Shown here one piece after another: positions 63,337 to 64,000 of a stretch of 64,000 bases of DNA (position 1 is its first letter; each line of letters begins with the position of its first letter). The translations under genes were made by a program, and so were the position numbers. The notes below the pieces were generated by a model that saw nothing but the letters and a program-made list of their open reading frames with translations, was not told the DNA's origin and ran no database searches. The stretch is from a virus. The stretch is from IMG/VR virus record IMGVR_UViG_3300037963_003542. One strand, 5' to 3'.

Positions 63337-64000
63337 ATGGCACGACCCTCAACACGCCAGGAACTAATTGATTACTGCTTAAGGAAATTAGGTTTTCCCG
63401 TCCTAGAGATTAACGTAGATGATGATCAGATTGAGGATCTTGTGGATGATGCTATTCAATTCTTCCAAGAGCGTCATTTTGATGGAAGCATCAAAACATT
63501 TTTAAAATTAGAAGTTACCGAGCAGATGATTACTGACGCGAAAGCGAACAGTACAATTTCTGGTACGGATTTCAAGGAGCAGAACAATTATGTCACTGTT
63601 CCTGAGCATGTTCTCGGAATAACTCAGGTATATGCTTATGACAATAGTTCATCAGCAGTATCAGGAAACATCTTCAGTATGAAGTATCAGTTGTTCCTGA
63701 ACGATTTCTATAACTTCGGTTCAATGGAAATCCTGAACTATTATATGGTAAAGCAATATCTTGAGACTCTTGATTTTGTTATTGGTAACTTTAAACCAGT
63801 AAGATTTAATAAGAGAGAAAATAGATTATACATTGATACTGACTGGGATAATATTACACCTGGACAGCATTTAATTTTAGACTGTTACAGGATGATTGAT
63901 CCTGCTAACTCATCGGAAGTTTATAATGACAAATGGTTAAAGAGATATCTCACCGCTCTGATTAAGCGTCAGTGGGGACAGAACTTGATTAAGTTTAAGA
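63337..64000 (+). CDS. gp13: neck protein gp13 (5' partial, runs off the window)
   Basis: MARPSTRQELIDYCLRKLGFPVLEINVDDDQIEDLVDDAIQFFQERHFDG...KRQWGQNLIKF; absent from the ORF track because there is no stop in the window. Confidence 0.93.
   Translation, partial: MARPSTRQELIDYCLRKLGFPVLEINVDDDQIEDLVDDAIQFFQERHFDGSIKTFLKLEVTEQMITDAKANSTISGTDFKEQNNYVTVPEHVLGITQVYAYDNSSSAVSGNIFSMKYQLFLNDFYNFGSMEILNYYMVKQYLETLDFVIGNFKPVRFNKRENRLYIDTDWDNITPGQHLILDCYRMIDPANSSEVYNDKWLKRYLTALIKRQWGQNLIKFK

Overview
This 64-kb window is part of a T4-like cyanophage (cyanomyovirus) genome, most likely infecting marine Synechococcus. The evidence is CP12, T4 baseplate homologues gp25/gp6/gp7/gp8, a VrlC/DUF4815 protein, gp13, T4-type late promoters (TATAAATA) and tRNA-Leu(UAA). 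Layout: (i) 1-8660, an early accessory region of small ORFs, each behind a repeated sigma70-type promoter/stem-loop cassette, plus a TauE/SafE transporter, a 2OG-Fe(II) oxygenase and an orphan HicA-like gene; (ii) 5530-6005, a non-coding block with three perfect cyanobacterial-type DnaA boxes (TTTTCCACA), two consensus-spaced sigma70 promoters and a 25-bp inverted repeat, a candidate origin or host-DnaA decoy; (iii) 9000-58300, a baseplate/tail-fibre structural module with several giant proteins; (iv) 58355-63294, a divergently transcribed island of four 2OG-Fe(II)-type genes and a flavin-dependent halogenase-like gene; (v) the 5' part of gp13. No CRISPR array, reverse transcriptase, integrase, intron or intein was recognised. 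All family assignments come from motif recognition by eye and need HMM confirmation.
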